Source: Octopus bimaculoides (Eukaryota). From it: 51,343 bases of DNA. How positions within the stretch are numbered: the first letter of the stretch is position 1; each line of letters opens with the position of its first letter. This document shows, piece after piece, positions 1 through 12,000 of the stretch. The stretch is taken from contig NC_069008.1 of the NCBI RefSeq assembly GCF_001194135.2, forward strand, positions 210,799 to 262,141. Direction: 5' to 3'. A program made the position numbers and the translations under genes. A model generated the notes under the pieces. That model had not been told where the DNA came from, ran no database searches, and worked only from the letters and a program-made list of their open reading frames with translations.

Positions 1-394
1 TATATATATATTTATGTATGTATGTATGCATGCATGTATGTATGCCTCACCACTGTCTAACAACCGGTGTTGGTTTGTTCATGTCCCTGTAACTTAGAGG
101 ATCAGCGAAAGCAACTGATAGAATAAGCACCAGGTTGAACGGGGTTCAATTCATTCAATTGAAAATTCGTGGTGGTGCCCCAGCATGGCCACAGTCTAAT
201 GACTGAAACAAGTACACACACACACAAACACTTTATGTTCTTACTAGTCGCAGTCATTTGACTGGGGCACTGCTTTGAAGAAATTTTCAGTTGAACTAAT
301 TGACCCATTACTTCTAGGTGTTGAGGATGTAAACATACCAACACCAGTTGTCAAGTGGTGGTGGTGGCTTCTTACTACACTACCATAACTGTGC

Positions 395-430
<36 letters not shown>

Positions 431-454
431 CCAACTGACTTTTTTACCACTGCA

Positions 455-1078
455 GATATAAAAGCAGAGGCAATGATGATTGATTACATCAATATAAAGG
501 AAGACGATGTAATAAGGGCTATAGATGAAATGAACCCAAACTCAGCTACTGGCCGTGATGGATTCCCAGCTATCCTTCTAAAAGTATGTAAGCAAGTCCT
601 AGCAAGACCACTGCAGTCTCTCTTTCAGAGCTTCCTTGCAGCTGGCAAACTCCCAAGAAAACTGAAGGAGGGTAAAATATGCCCTGTTCATAAAGGAGGT
701 AGCAGAGCAGAGGCCAAGAACTACAGACCTATCTCTCTGATGTCGCACATCAGCAAGGTCATGGAACGAATAGTCAGAAAAAAAACTAATCGCCTTCCTT
801 GAAGAAAATGACTTGCTGCCTGACACCCAACATGGTTTCCGACTCAGCTCTTACAACACTATGACTGGGTGTTGAAACAGCTGCTCAACCACTCAAATGT
901 GGAAGTGATATATCCCGACTTTGCAAAGGCCTTTGATAAAGTCGATCATGGAATGATATGTCACAAACTGCATGATCTTAGCACACTTGGAAAATTAGGA
1001 GACTGGCTTCATGACTTTCTGAAGGATAGAAGTCAGGTGGTAGTAGCCAATGGGGCCACCTCCAATGACACACAAATA
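455..1078 (+). mobile_element. Decayed CR1/L2-type LINE reverse transcriptase fragment
   Basis: ORFs 473-802 and 869-1078 read NYRPISLMSHISKVMERIV ... TQHGF ... IYPDFAKAFDKVDH, which are RT motifs. The reading frame is broken by a frameshift and the sequence ends in (GT)n. Confidence 0.85.
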
Positions 1079-1080
1079 GT

Positions 1081-1119
<39 letters not shown>

Positions 1120-1730
1120 CGATGGGCTTCTTTCAGTTTCTGTGTACCAAAATCCACTGACAGGGCTTTGGTTGGCCCGAATGTATAATAGAAGATATTT
1201 GCCCAAGGGACCACACAATGGGACTGAACCCAAAGCCCTGTGGTTGGGAAGCAAGCTTCTTACCCAACAGCCATACCTCTGCCTCTCTATATTTTTACTT
1301 TCATCTATTTTCAGTTAAAATCTTCAGGGAAAACTTCAAAAACAAAAGGTAAATGATGTTGTTATTATTGTTCTTATTATTAATAGCTGGACACGCAAAA
1401 ATATTCAGAGATAATTTAAATATCGTTAAATGAATAGTTATTATTTAATCAGAATTGTTTAATTTGTGCTATTTTGGTTAATGAAAAACTCTTATTGTTT
1501 ATGTTACATTTATTAATGTGGAGGTGCAATAGCCCAGTGGTTAGGGCAGTGGACTTGCGGTCGTAAAACAACCAAACTTGAATGTCGAGCCTGACAGAGG
1601 CAAAGTGGCTGAGAACCCTTCGAGTGTTGGCCGTGCTGTCGAAACCTCGTTCAACCAATGAAATATTTATTGCAATCACATCGCACCCTCCGTCTTCTGT
1701 ATTAGCGTCGTCATCATCCTTATTATTGAA

Positions 1731-1945
1731 GTGGCAAGTTGGCTGAATTGTTAGGACATTGGATGAAATGCTTCACAGGATTTTATCGGTCGTTCTGTTC
1801 TAAGTTCAAATTTTGAAGACGACCACTTTGTCTTTCATCCTTTCGGGGTTGATGAATTAAGTACCAGTTGAATACTGGGGTCGATGTAATCGACTATCCT
1901 CCTCCCCCAAATCTGAGGCTTAATGCCAATAATAGAAGGGATTAT
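1731..1945 (+). mobile_element. tRNA-derived SINE, family A
   Basis: B-box-like AAGTTCAAAT, body GCCTTTCATCCTTTCGGGGTCGAT..AAGTACCAGT..CTGGGGTCGATGTAATCGAC and an (ATT)n tail. The same sequence recurs more than 10 times in the window. Confidence 0.75.
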
Positions 1946-1987
1946 TATTATTATTATTATTATATTATTATTATTATTATCCAACAG

Positions 1988-2223
1988 ATAAGGACCACAC
2001 TAATACTCCTTCGGCACAGCAGACCAGCAGAGGGAGTGGTGCCAGCAAAGAGAAGAGCGAGGGCAAAGCAAGCAAGAGCCAATCAAAACAGAGCAAGGTC
2101 GTCAAGGCAACAGCAGCAGCTTCATCGTCATCAGCAGCTGTGTCTGTTGTCACGGAGATGGTCTTCGACCAATCAGTGTTGGAGAGCCTGGACACATTTG
2201 ACCTTTCGGATAACGAGGCCTGG
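1988..2223 (+). CDS. FAM186-like coiled-coil gene, visible exon 1 (DKDHTNTPSAQQ...SLDTFDLSDNEAW)
   Basis: caacag acceptor and gtgagt donor; open reading, phase 1 to 0. Confidence 0.75.
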
Positions 2224-2409
2224 GTGAGTTTGGACAGAAGGAACGGTCGGTGGTGGGGTGTGGGTGTGTTTGTGGATAGATGAGTGCATGTGTGTGTGTA
2301 TGTGTGCATGTGTGTGTGTCTGTGTAGTTGTGTGTGTAGGTAGTATTACATAAAGCGTCATCATCATCATCATCACAATACACACTCCCTCACACCACCA
2401 CCACCACTA

Positions 2410-2448
<39 letters not shown>

Positions 2449-2639
2449 ACCCAGGGACGTCTCCCTGTCGACCAGATGCCACAGAGATTCTCACAGTACC
2501 GTTGGCTGGTAAGTACAACTGGAAATTTCTTCTCCTCTAACACCCTCTGCCCCTCCCTCACTAGCAGAATGCAATGTCTTCTCTTCTTGTTTCTTTATTG
2601 CCCTCAAGGGGCTACACACAGAGGGGACAAACAAGGACA

Positions 2640-2815
2640 GACAAAGGGACTAAGTCGACTACATCGACCCCAGTGCGTAACTGGTACTTAATTTATCGAT
2701 CCCGAAAGGATGAAAGGCAAAGTCGACCTCAGCGGAATTTGAACTGAGAACGTAACGGCAGACGGAATACCACTAAGCATTTCGCCCAGCGTGCTAACGA
2801 TTCCGCCAGCTCGCC
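2640..2815 (-). mobile_element. SINE family A, reverse orientation
   Basis: Reverse complement of the family A body (GTCGACTACATCGACCCCAG...GGAATTTGAACT). Confidence 0.75.
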
Positions 2816-2833
2816 ACAATGTCTTCTCTTCTG

Positions 2834-2865
<32 letters not shown>

Positions 2866-3991
2866 CATTCCTATATTCTTTTACTTGTTTCAGTCAGTTG
2901 ACTATGGCCATGCCGGAGCACTGCCTTTTAATAAAAAAAATCGACCCTAGAACTTATTCTTTGTAAGCCACTTAGTCTATCGGTCTCTTTTGTCGAACCA
3001 CTAGGTTACGGGGGACATAAATTCACCAACATCTGTTGTCAAGTGATGATGGCAGGGATAAACACAAACACAAACACATATATATATATATACTTTTTTT
3101 TTATCTGGATGAATTTATTCTCATCCTATAAAAGGAATTATTTCCAAAGATGTCTAATGATTTTTTCGTCATACTTTATTTAGTGAGTTTTTTAAGTAAA
3201 TGTTTCAGAAGATAAAAATATATTCAATAGTGAGGAAGCCAAACATTTAAATTTTGGATATGCAACCAACCAAGTCACTCAATGTTTTTTGTCCTGATTT
3301 AAATAATTGTGAGTGGAACAATGAATATACAAATACCTAAAAAAAATTCTGTGTGTATTTTAAATGTCTTTTTGTTTATTTTTCATTTAACTTAAATCTC
3401 ACCCACTGAAGAGGACAAATTCGACCTATATGTTGTTCGATTTATGAAAATCTTGGGGTTTTTTTTTTTTTGTTCTAAACTGTTGTTTGGGAATATGAAA
3501 ATAATGAAATAAAAACTTAATCCATTTTAACATCCAATCCGATTCATTTATTTTATTTGACGTAATTAATTAAACTTTGGTTTAATAAAATAAGTCAAAT
3601 ATTAATTGGCTGCACCAGTCTCCAATCTGATCTGGCAGAGTTTCTACAGCTGGATACCCTTCCTAACACCAAGATTTTGGTCAGCTCAAGGCTATAGTAG
3701 AAGACACTTGCCCAATTAATGTAGACTTACCTTGTATTCAATATTTCGGGGTTAAAACCCCATTTTCAAGAAACTGACGATTGTTGCCAATGTGCATGTG
3801 TGTGAGCATGTCTGCATTAATTCACATATTTGTTTTCTTGTGATTAACTTTGCATTGTTCTGGCCTTGCCCACGATCCTTTATACAATATACTCTACACA
3901 ATGCTTCATAGCAATTATTCCATTATTTATATATACACACCTCCAGCCACACACACATATATACATCAGCAATTCTTATTTTTGCTTGAAG

Positions 3992-4108
3992 ACAATGAAA
4001 AAGCTGAAAGAACTGGATGAGCATTTGAAGTTGACAACCCTACGGACACAGCGTAAAGTGGAATCCTTGAAATCACAATTCCAGGAGCACAGGTTCAAGT
4101 GGGATGAG
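3992..4108 (+). CDS. FAM186-like gene exon 2 (TMKKLKELDEHLK...RFKWDE)
   Basis: ttgaag acceptor, gtgagt donor; 39 codons, phase 0 to 0; coiled-coil composition. Confidence 0.8.
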
Positions 4109-4357
4109 GTGAGTTGGTCTGGGGCCATTTTGGAGCACTGGGATAAATTCAATTATATCGATCTGGTACATGATAGAGGAAGACTTTGTCAATCTCAAAA
4201 TGAAGAAACTGCTATATTGTGTGTGTATAATAACTACAATAATCTTAAGATATATTGATTATTTAAATTCCACTATTATTTCTATTTTGACAATTTTCTC
4301 TTTCCTCTGTTTATACTTTGCCTAATAAGAATAATAATTGATTCCTTTGTATACATA

Positions 4358-4396
<39 letters not shown>

Positions 4397-5156
4397 NNNN
4401 NNNNNNNNNNNNNNNNNNNNNNNNNNNNNNNNNNNNNNNNNNNNNNNNNNNNNNNNNNNNNNNNNNNNNNNNNNNNNNNNNNNNNNNNNNNNNNNNNNNN
4501 NNNNNNNNNNNNNNNNNNNNNNNNNNNNNNNNNNNNNNNNNNNNNNNNNNNNNNNNNNNNNNNNNNNNNNNNNNNNNNNNNNNNNNNNNNNNNNNNNNNN
4601 NNNNNNNNNNNNNNNNNNNNNNNNNNNNNNNNNNNNNNNNNNNNNNNNNNNNNNNNNNNNNNNNNNNNNNNNNNNNNNNNNNNNNNNNNNNNNNNNNNNN
4701 NNNNNNNNNNNNNNNNNNNNNNNNNNNNNNNNNNNNNNNNNNNNNNNNNNNNNNNNNNNNNNNNNNNNNNNNNNNNNNNNNNNNNNNNNNNNNNNNNNNN
4801 NNNNNNNNNNNNNNNNNNNNNNNNNNNNNNNNNNNNNNNNNNNNNNNNNNNNNNNNNNNNNNNNNNNNNNNNNNNNNNNNNNNNNNNNNNNNNNNNNNNN
4901 NNNNNNNNNNNNNNNNNNNNNNNNNNNNNNNNNNNNNNNNNNNNNNNNNNNNNNNNNNNNNNNNNNNNNNNNNNNNNNNNNNNNNNNNNNNNNNNNNNNN
5001 NNNNNNNNNNNNNNNNNNNNNNNNNNNNNNNNNNNNNNNNNNNNNNNNNNNNNNNNNNNNNNNNNNNNNNNNNNNNNNNNNNNNNNNNNNNNNNNNNNNN
5101 NNNNNNTCTTACTTCAACGTCGAGATGGTATAATTTCCTGGGAGAGAGATAATTTT

Positions 5157-5260
5157 GCGGCTGAGGATAGCTTTACATTGTAGATTATGCACATATTATA
5201 TTATGTTATATTATATTATATTATATTATACACATGTAGAGCTTGAAACACGTGTACCAC
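5157..5260 (+). ncRNA. Minimal type I hammerhead ribozyme motif (Penelope-like)
   Basis: GG-CTGAGGA-T-AGCTTTACAT...ATGTAGAGCT-T-GAAA-CACGTG-TA-CC: intact core, 10-bp stem II, palindromic stem III, GUA triplet. Confidence 0.6.
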
Positions 5261-5306
5261 GGAATCCTTTGTAGTTTTGTTGTTATCTTTTTGTTTTGGA
5301 TTTACA

Positions 5307-5346
<40 letters not shown>

Positions 5347-5431
5347 GTATGGATATGTATTTATGTATATTCATGTATAAGTTAGGTATATATGTATGTA
5401 TTTATAACTTGACTTTATGAACTTTCTAAAC

Positions 5432-5553
5432 TCTCTGATGAGGCCCAGAGACATACCCAGGTATCTTAATTTTATCTACCAATTACTTCAGTTCACTGAA
5501 GGGATGGAAGTAGAGTGGGGTACTATGACCGCTTGGCTGAAACAGCTGTAAGA
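5432..5553 (+). ncRNA. Minimal type I hammerhead ribozyme motif (Penelope-like)
   Basis: TCT-CTGATGA-GGCC...GGCT-GAAA-CAGCTG-TA-AGA: intact core, palindromic CAGCTG, 3-bp stem I. Confidence 0.6.
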
Positions 5554-5689
5554 TACTATTCTACTTTCTATGCTCTACGTTATATATTTTAATATTTAAT
5601 GGTGTTTTTATATATGTAAAGCATAATATGTTATACATGTATGTATATTATTATAATTGCTTTTTTTAAAAAATAGACANNNNNNNNNN

Positions 5690-5731
<42 letters not shown>

Positions 5732-5836
5732 GGGATATATGAGAGCCCCTAAAAAATAACCCCAACAATAATGTGTGTGAGAGAGAGAGAGAGTCTCAAT
5801 ATATGGACCTTCTCAAGTGCATATTTTATTTTACAG

Positions 5837-5956
5837 GAACGAGAACTGTTACATGAACAGGTGAAACAACTGCGCCACCTGCAGGTGACAGCTGAAAAAG
5901 AGGCTGACAATGTGATGTCACAGTTGGAAGACTTCATTAGTGAACAGGAGAAGATG
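5837..5956 (+). CDS. FAM186-like gene exon 3 (ERELLHEQVKQLRHLQ...SEQEKM)
   Basis: ttttacag acceptor, gtaagc donor; 40 codons, phase 0 to 0. Confidence 0.85.
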
Positions 5957-6323
5957 GTAAGCGGAGAGGAGTGGTTAAAAGAGGGAGGGGCCGAAGAGGG
6001 AGGTGAACAAGAGGGAGTGATGGTGTCAGAAGGACACAGTGGGGATGGTGGCGGTGGTGGTGGCAGTGGTGGAGCGGATGTAGAAAAGGCGATGGTGCAG
6101 AGTTTGGGTGAGGGTGGCAGTGGCAGTGGTCAGTTGGGAGTGACCGACCAGGAGAAGCAACGTTAATGAGAGAGGATGTGTATGTTTTATTGTAAGCATG
6201 GATGTGTGAGTGTGCATGTGTGTGTGTGTATGCTTGGTAGAACAGCACACTATCCAATAGTACATATCTATATATATTTATACATATATATGTATGCCTA
6301 GTTAACTATAAATATATATATAT

Positions 6324-6383
<60 letters not shown>

Positions 6384-7177
6384 GACTCTCCCATTGTTAA
6401 ATGATATATGAAGGTTCGACAATTTCTTATTGAACAACCACACAGATGATTTGTTTATAGCAAACAAATGTTTGTGTACAAACAAGCTCACTCCCTCCAT
6501 CAGATTGATATTACCTGTACAGGTGCAATGGATGCCACATGCTAAATGTCGAAATGATACATACATACATTTATATATAGATATATATTTGTGTGTGTGT
6601 CTGCATGTGCATACAAATGCATATAAATGCTTGTTTACATATACACACATATAGATATGTATATATGTTTATAAAGAATATACACACACACACACACACA
6701 TATATACATATATATAATGTATATATATATATCATGTATATAGTGTATATATTTATATATATATGTATAGAGATTAAAAGAATGGGAGCTCTCAGTGACA
6801 GTGTGACACACACACACACACACGCACCCTTTGTGACCCTTTAGTATTTGGGTCCCTAATTACGCCATAGTAAAACCCTTTACATTCTACCTTTTTAACT
6901 TCTCTCCTTTTTATTTATTTTTTAAATTCACTTTTGTTTTCTTTCTTTATTCCCTTTTTTATCTTTTCCTTTTATTTTATTTCCTTTTTATTTTATATTT
7001 TATGTGAATCAAAAGACAAACTTTTTATAAATGATTTCATGACAGATTATTTCATTTCATTTTAGTTTTCCATTGTGTGGTGTTCATCCTCATGTTTTAA
7101 GTCTCTATTTTTTGTTTTCCTTAAGACATTCCAAATACAGTTGTCCTAGTATTTGTAAAGTGAGCAATCTTACCAAA

Positions 7178-8061
7178 TACAAAATGGTATCAACAAGTTC
7201 CCGGATTAGTCCTGTAGCACGCTAACAGGTGGCAGCACATGGTTGCATGCACAATGGTAGTTGGCAGTGACCATCATGAGATAATGTACTGAGTGACATT
7301 GCTCTGTTTACTTTGCAAATCATGAAATTTATTTTTGTGATCATGTGTGTCTGCTGTAGTCTGTGATTTTGTCGTGGAGAGGAACAAAGAACCAATGTGA
7401 AACTTTGTGCTAAACTTGGGAAGTCTGCTACAGAGACATTGAGCATTCTTTGGCAAGCTTATGGTGACAAGGCAATGGGTTGTACACAATATTTCAAGTG
7501 GCATGGGTGCTTCAAAAGTGGAAGAACATCCCTGGAAAACAACGAGCAATCTAGAAGACCTACCATGGGTGCCACCCCAAGAAATGTGGAGAAAATTCAT
7601 CAGCTTGCGCATGAGAATCATTGGTGGACAATCAATGCCATTGCTGATATCATTGGTCTATGATATGGGTCCATGCAGACAATCCTAATGTTTGGATAAT
7701 TCATGATGGCCATCCGTCCTCTCACTAAACTCCTTTTATTTATGAGTTTCTTATGTTATCGCTTCTGCACCAACCCTGTTCACTAGATTTAACACTTACA
7801 CACTTCCATCTCTTCCCCAAGAAGAAAATGTAGCTCAAAGGTCACTGTTTTAACATCGAGATCCTGAGACAATCACAGAAGGTTCTTGACTTGCTTACGG
7901 AAAAGAACTTTGAGATTAGATTCCAAAAGTAGTAGAAATAGTGGGACCTGTGTGTGTTGATGCACAACTATTTTGAATGAGATGATGTTAAAACTTAGGT
8001 GAATGAGGTATTTTTTTTATTAAACATAACTAAACCAGGAACTTTTTGACACTGCCTTGTA
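7178..8061 (+). mobile_element. Internally deleted mariner-family DNA transposon
   Basis: Decayed transposase N-terminus (VKLCAKLGKSATETLSILWQAYGDKAM...FKSGRTSLE). Similar termini tacaaaatggtatcaacaagttcccgga and ccaggaactttttgacactgccttgta, with TA ends. Confidence 0.8.
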
Positions 8062-8344
8062 CATATTGAGTGCACTATTATAAAATCAGAAAACCTTGCA
8101 AAGTTTAGCAGAATTTGATGGTCCTGATGAGTATTATGTCCATTACGTTACAGCACAACTGTATTTATACACAAGCATCAATATGTAGATAAGTATATGT
8201 GTTCGTTGGATGTTTCAAAGTCATTGATGTAACTGTTTACAAGAAAAACAGCCACCTCTAAAAGGAATGTAAACATCCTAGTTTCACTGTATGTTCAATA
8301 CAGTTGAAAACATTTTCCACAATATAAAAGGGTAAATACACAAT

Positions 8345-8930
8345 ATACAAATTAATAAAATGAAAATGGAGAATTCAAACTGACATATTATAATTTATTA
8401 ACCTAATAATTAATATAATATATAAAATATCAAATGCATACAATTGTTTCGATTTAAACTCAAAAATCCAAAACAAATTTATATTTTATGTCATGGAAAC
8501 ACTCTGGCTAAAAATTTCAGTGAAGAGCAGAACGAAAAAGGTGAAATATTAGACACATACTTAGATTAATATTCTTGAATATACACACACATATTAGATA
8601 TACATACTTATAACCATTATATTTATACTATTTGTTTAAATTTTTCAAAAGAATCTATATGGACACTCATACCCACATTAATAATAAATATGACAATTTC
8701 AGTCTGTTTTAAGAATCGTAAACTAATATTTCACCTTTTTCGTTCTGCTCTACACTGATGAAATTTTTAGCCAGAGTGTTTCCATAACATAAAATATAAA
8801 TTTGTTTGGGTTTTTGGGGTTCAAATCGAAACAGTTGTATGCATTTGATATTTTTTATATTATGTTATTTATTACGTTAATAAATTATATGTCAGTTTGA
8901 ATTCTCCATTTACATTTCATCAATTTGTAT
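8345..8930. repeat. Inverted repeat with ~205-bp arms (8345-8552 / 8723-8930), probable Penelope-like pLTR pair
   Basis: The arms are reverse complements along their length, and the right arm carries a hammerhead core. Confidence 0.8.
8751..8843 (+). ncRNA. Minimal hammerhead ribozyme motif, weakened
   Basis: TACA-CTGATGA-AATTT...AAATC-GAAA-CAGTTG-TA-TGCA. Core intact, but stem II is weak and has an A.C mismatch at its base. Confidence 0.45.
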
Positions 8931-9172
8931 GTGTGTGTGTGTGTGTATGTGTGTGTGTACATGCATGACTGGGTGATAAGAAGTTTGTTTCTGAACCACA
9001 TGGTTCCAGGTTCAGTCCTACTATGTGGCACCTTGGGCAAGTGTCTTCTACTTTAGCCTCGGGTCAACCAATGCCTTGTGAGTGGATTTGGTAAATGGAA
9101 ACTGAAAGAAGCCTGTTGCATATATATAGTTTTCGGTATATGTATATGTGTGTGTGAGTATATATATATATA

Positions 9173-10391
9173 GTAATAATATTAGGGAATAAAAATTTAT
9201 TCCAACCTTACAGGCAAAAATCAAAATAATATTACACCGTGTTTCCTAATATATATGTATATAACTAATTTAGAGACGAACCACCACTCTACAACTCAGA
9301 ACCCATCCAAATCCATGTTGTGAGGCATATACCATCTTAATATTTATCTAAGATTTTAATCTAAAATTTAAATTAAATAATATATCACATAAATATATCA
9401 CATAAAGAAACATTCATCATAAAAATATTAATTAAAAAAAATTTTTTAATCAAATTTATAAATTGGATAGTATAAATTAATACGATGATATAAAGTATGG
9501 AATTATAAATGTATAAAAGTTAGTGCTGGTACATAGACTACATGCGTTTCATGGTTGAAATAGGACTATATAAAATCATAAGCAAATTCTATCCGAGTTC
9601 ATTAGAACGGGGAAATGATTTTTCTCCCAAATCAGTCACTGGTCAGTTCAAATCCCTAAGAAAATACCTAAAATCATTCAAGGAATAAACATAAACATGA
9701 AAAATAAAAATATATATAAAGAGACAAAATCTGTAAACTAATCCCTACATTAACGGTATTAATATAATTATTAAGAGTTACAATCTAAAAATATTAAAAG
9801 AGTATTATAGTAAACAAGGTTAAAACATTATGGAAGAAGTAGATAATAGTAAAAAAATGTGTTAGTGTACAAAGTTACTAAAAGATGGATGTCAATATTG
9901 TTTATAAAATTAAAATCAGAAAACAGGTAAGTCATGTTTTCTGATTTTAATTTTATAAACAATATTGACATCCATCTGTTAGTAACACTAACACATTTTT
10001 TTACTATTATCTACTTATTCCATAAGTACCAGCACTAACTTTTATACATTTATGCATCCATACTTTAGATCATCGTATTAATTTTTACTGTCCAATTTAT
10101 AAATTTGATTTTAAAATTTTTTTTAATTAATATTTTTATGATGAATGTTTCTTTATGTGATTTATTTATGTGATATATTATTTAATTTAATTTTAGATTA
10201 CAATCCTAGATAAATATTAAGATGGTATATGCCTCACAACATGGATTTGGACGGGTTCTGAGTTGTAGAGTGGTGGTTCGTCTCTAAATTAGTTATATAC
10301 ATATATATTATATATTAGGAAACACGGTGTAATATTATACCGATTTTTGCCTGTAAGGTTGGAATGAAGTTTTATTCCCTAATATTATTAC
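9173..10391. repeat. 1.2-kb fold-back element: outer arms 9173-9532 / 10026-10391, inner arms 9828-9925 / 9935-10025
   Basis: Arm complementarity read directly from the sequence; 9-nt terminal loop; about 295 nt unpaired on the left side. Confidence 0.85.
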
Positions 10392-10529
10392 GATATATAT
10401 AGAGAGGTGAGATGAGGAAAGGATGTTTTGTGTTGTGTTTGTTGAATCCTGAAATAAGAATGAAAGAAAGAAGGTGACGAAGAGGTTACATTGTATTATT
10501 TGTCTTTGAAGTTCTTTTAAAATTGTTAA

Positions 10530-11051
10530 AACATAAAATAAAGATGGATGAAACAAGAATGGCATTTCAATTATTATTATTTTCATTATCATTTGAAATT
10601 CTGCCGACAGAGGTCGACTTTAATTTTCATCTTTTCAGTGTTGATAAAACAAGCTCTGATGAGTAGTGTGAGGAAGGGGGTGGTCTTTCCAATCGATTTA
10701 ATCACCCATCCCACTTCCCACGTACACTTCCCTGAAAAGGCTGGCTTTGCACCAAAATTCGAAACCATTATTTTCCTTATCCTCATTATTAGTGTTACCA
10801 CCACCACTGCTACGACTAGTATTAGTAGCAGGAGTAGTTAGGCTGTGAACTGGCAGACTGGAGAAAAACACTTAATGGCATTTCGTTTGTCTTTACGCTC
10901 TGTGTTCAAATTCCACCATGGTCGACTTTGCCTTTCATCCTTTCAGGGTCAATAAATTAAGGACCAGTGAAACGCTGGGGCCAATGTAATCAACTAGTTC
11001 CCTCTCGCAAAATTCCAAGGCTCTGTGTCTTCAGTAGAAAGGAGGAGGAGG

Positions 11052-11132
<81 letters not shown>

Positions 11133-11147
11133 ATTATTATGATTATG

Positions 11148-11182
<35 letters not shown>

Positions 11183-11467
11183 GAAGAAGAAGAAGAAGAA
11201 GGCGGTGAGCTGGTGGAATCATTAGGATGCTGGATGAAATGCTTAGTGGTAGTTCACCCGTTACTACGTTCTGAGTTCAAATTCTGCCGAAGTCAACTTT
11301 GACTTTTATCCTTTAGCGATCGATAAAATAAGTACCAGTCGGACACTGGGGTCGATGTAATCAACTAGTCCCCATGTCCCCAAGCTGCCTTTGTGGCAAA
11401 AGTTTGAAATAATAATTATTATTACTATCATTATTATTATTAGTAGTAGTAGTAGTAATTGAAGAAA

Positions 11468-11515
<48 letters not shown>

Positions 11516-12000
11516 TAGTAGTAGTGGTAGTAGTAGTAGTAAAGCAACAAGCTGGCAGAATCATTGGTGGGCAAAAGGCTTCACATCATTTCATCATTTT
11601 TTGTTTGGAGTTCAAATCCTGCTGAGGTTGACTTTGCCTGTCATCCTTTTGGGGGAAACAAAATAAGTACCAGTTAAGAACTGGGATCGATGTAATCGAC
11701 TAGCCCCCTCCCCCCTCCCCCCACTCCCATTAAATTGCTAACTTTGCATCAAGAAATGAAGCCATTATTATTATTATTGAAGGTGGAGTGCTAGTAGAAT
11801 TATTAGCATGTCAGGCAAAATGCTTAGTGGTATTTTGCGAGTCACTAAGTTCTGAGTTCAAATTCTACCAAGGTTGACTTTACCTTTCATCCTTTTGGGG
11901 TCAATAAATTAAGTACCAGTGAAATACTGGGGTTGATGTAATCGACTCATCCCCCTCCCCCCAAATTTCTGGCCTTGTGCCTTTATCAAAAAGAGTTATT
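10530..12000. mobile_element. Cluster of about 5-6 family A SINEs separated by (GAT)n, (ATT)n and (TAG)n tracts
   Basis: Repeated family A bodies starting near 10841, 11201, 11550 and 11780, plus a partial reverse copy near 10550-10640. Confidence 0.75.

Noticed and set aside
1520-1565. tRNA gene
   Set aside because: Only an A-box-containing 5' half is present, as in other SINE heads (22565, 23135, 44835); there is no complete cloverleaf.
1600-1660. CTGAGAA ... GAAACCTCGTTC hammerhead-like spacing
   Set aside because: The core lacks G8 and the stems do not pair convincingly; at best a dead relic.
3395-3790. CTGAAGA, CTGACGA and GGGG/CCCC-GAAA motifs
   Set aside because: The core halves are incomplete or on mismatched strands.
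4338-5183. Long ORFs spanning N-gaps (also 16.7-17.4, 19.5-20.4, 31-32.3, 33.2-34.1 and 42-43 kb)
   Set aside because: They are open only because N codons are untranslatable; no coding evidence.
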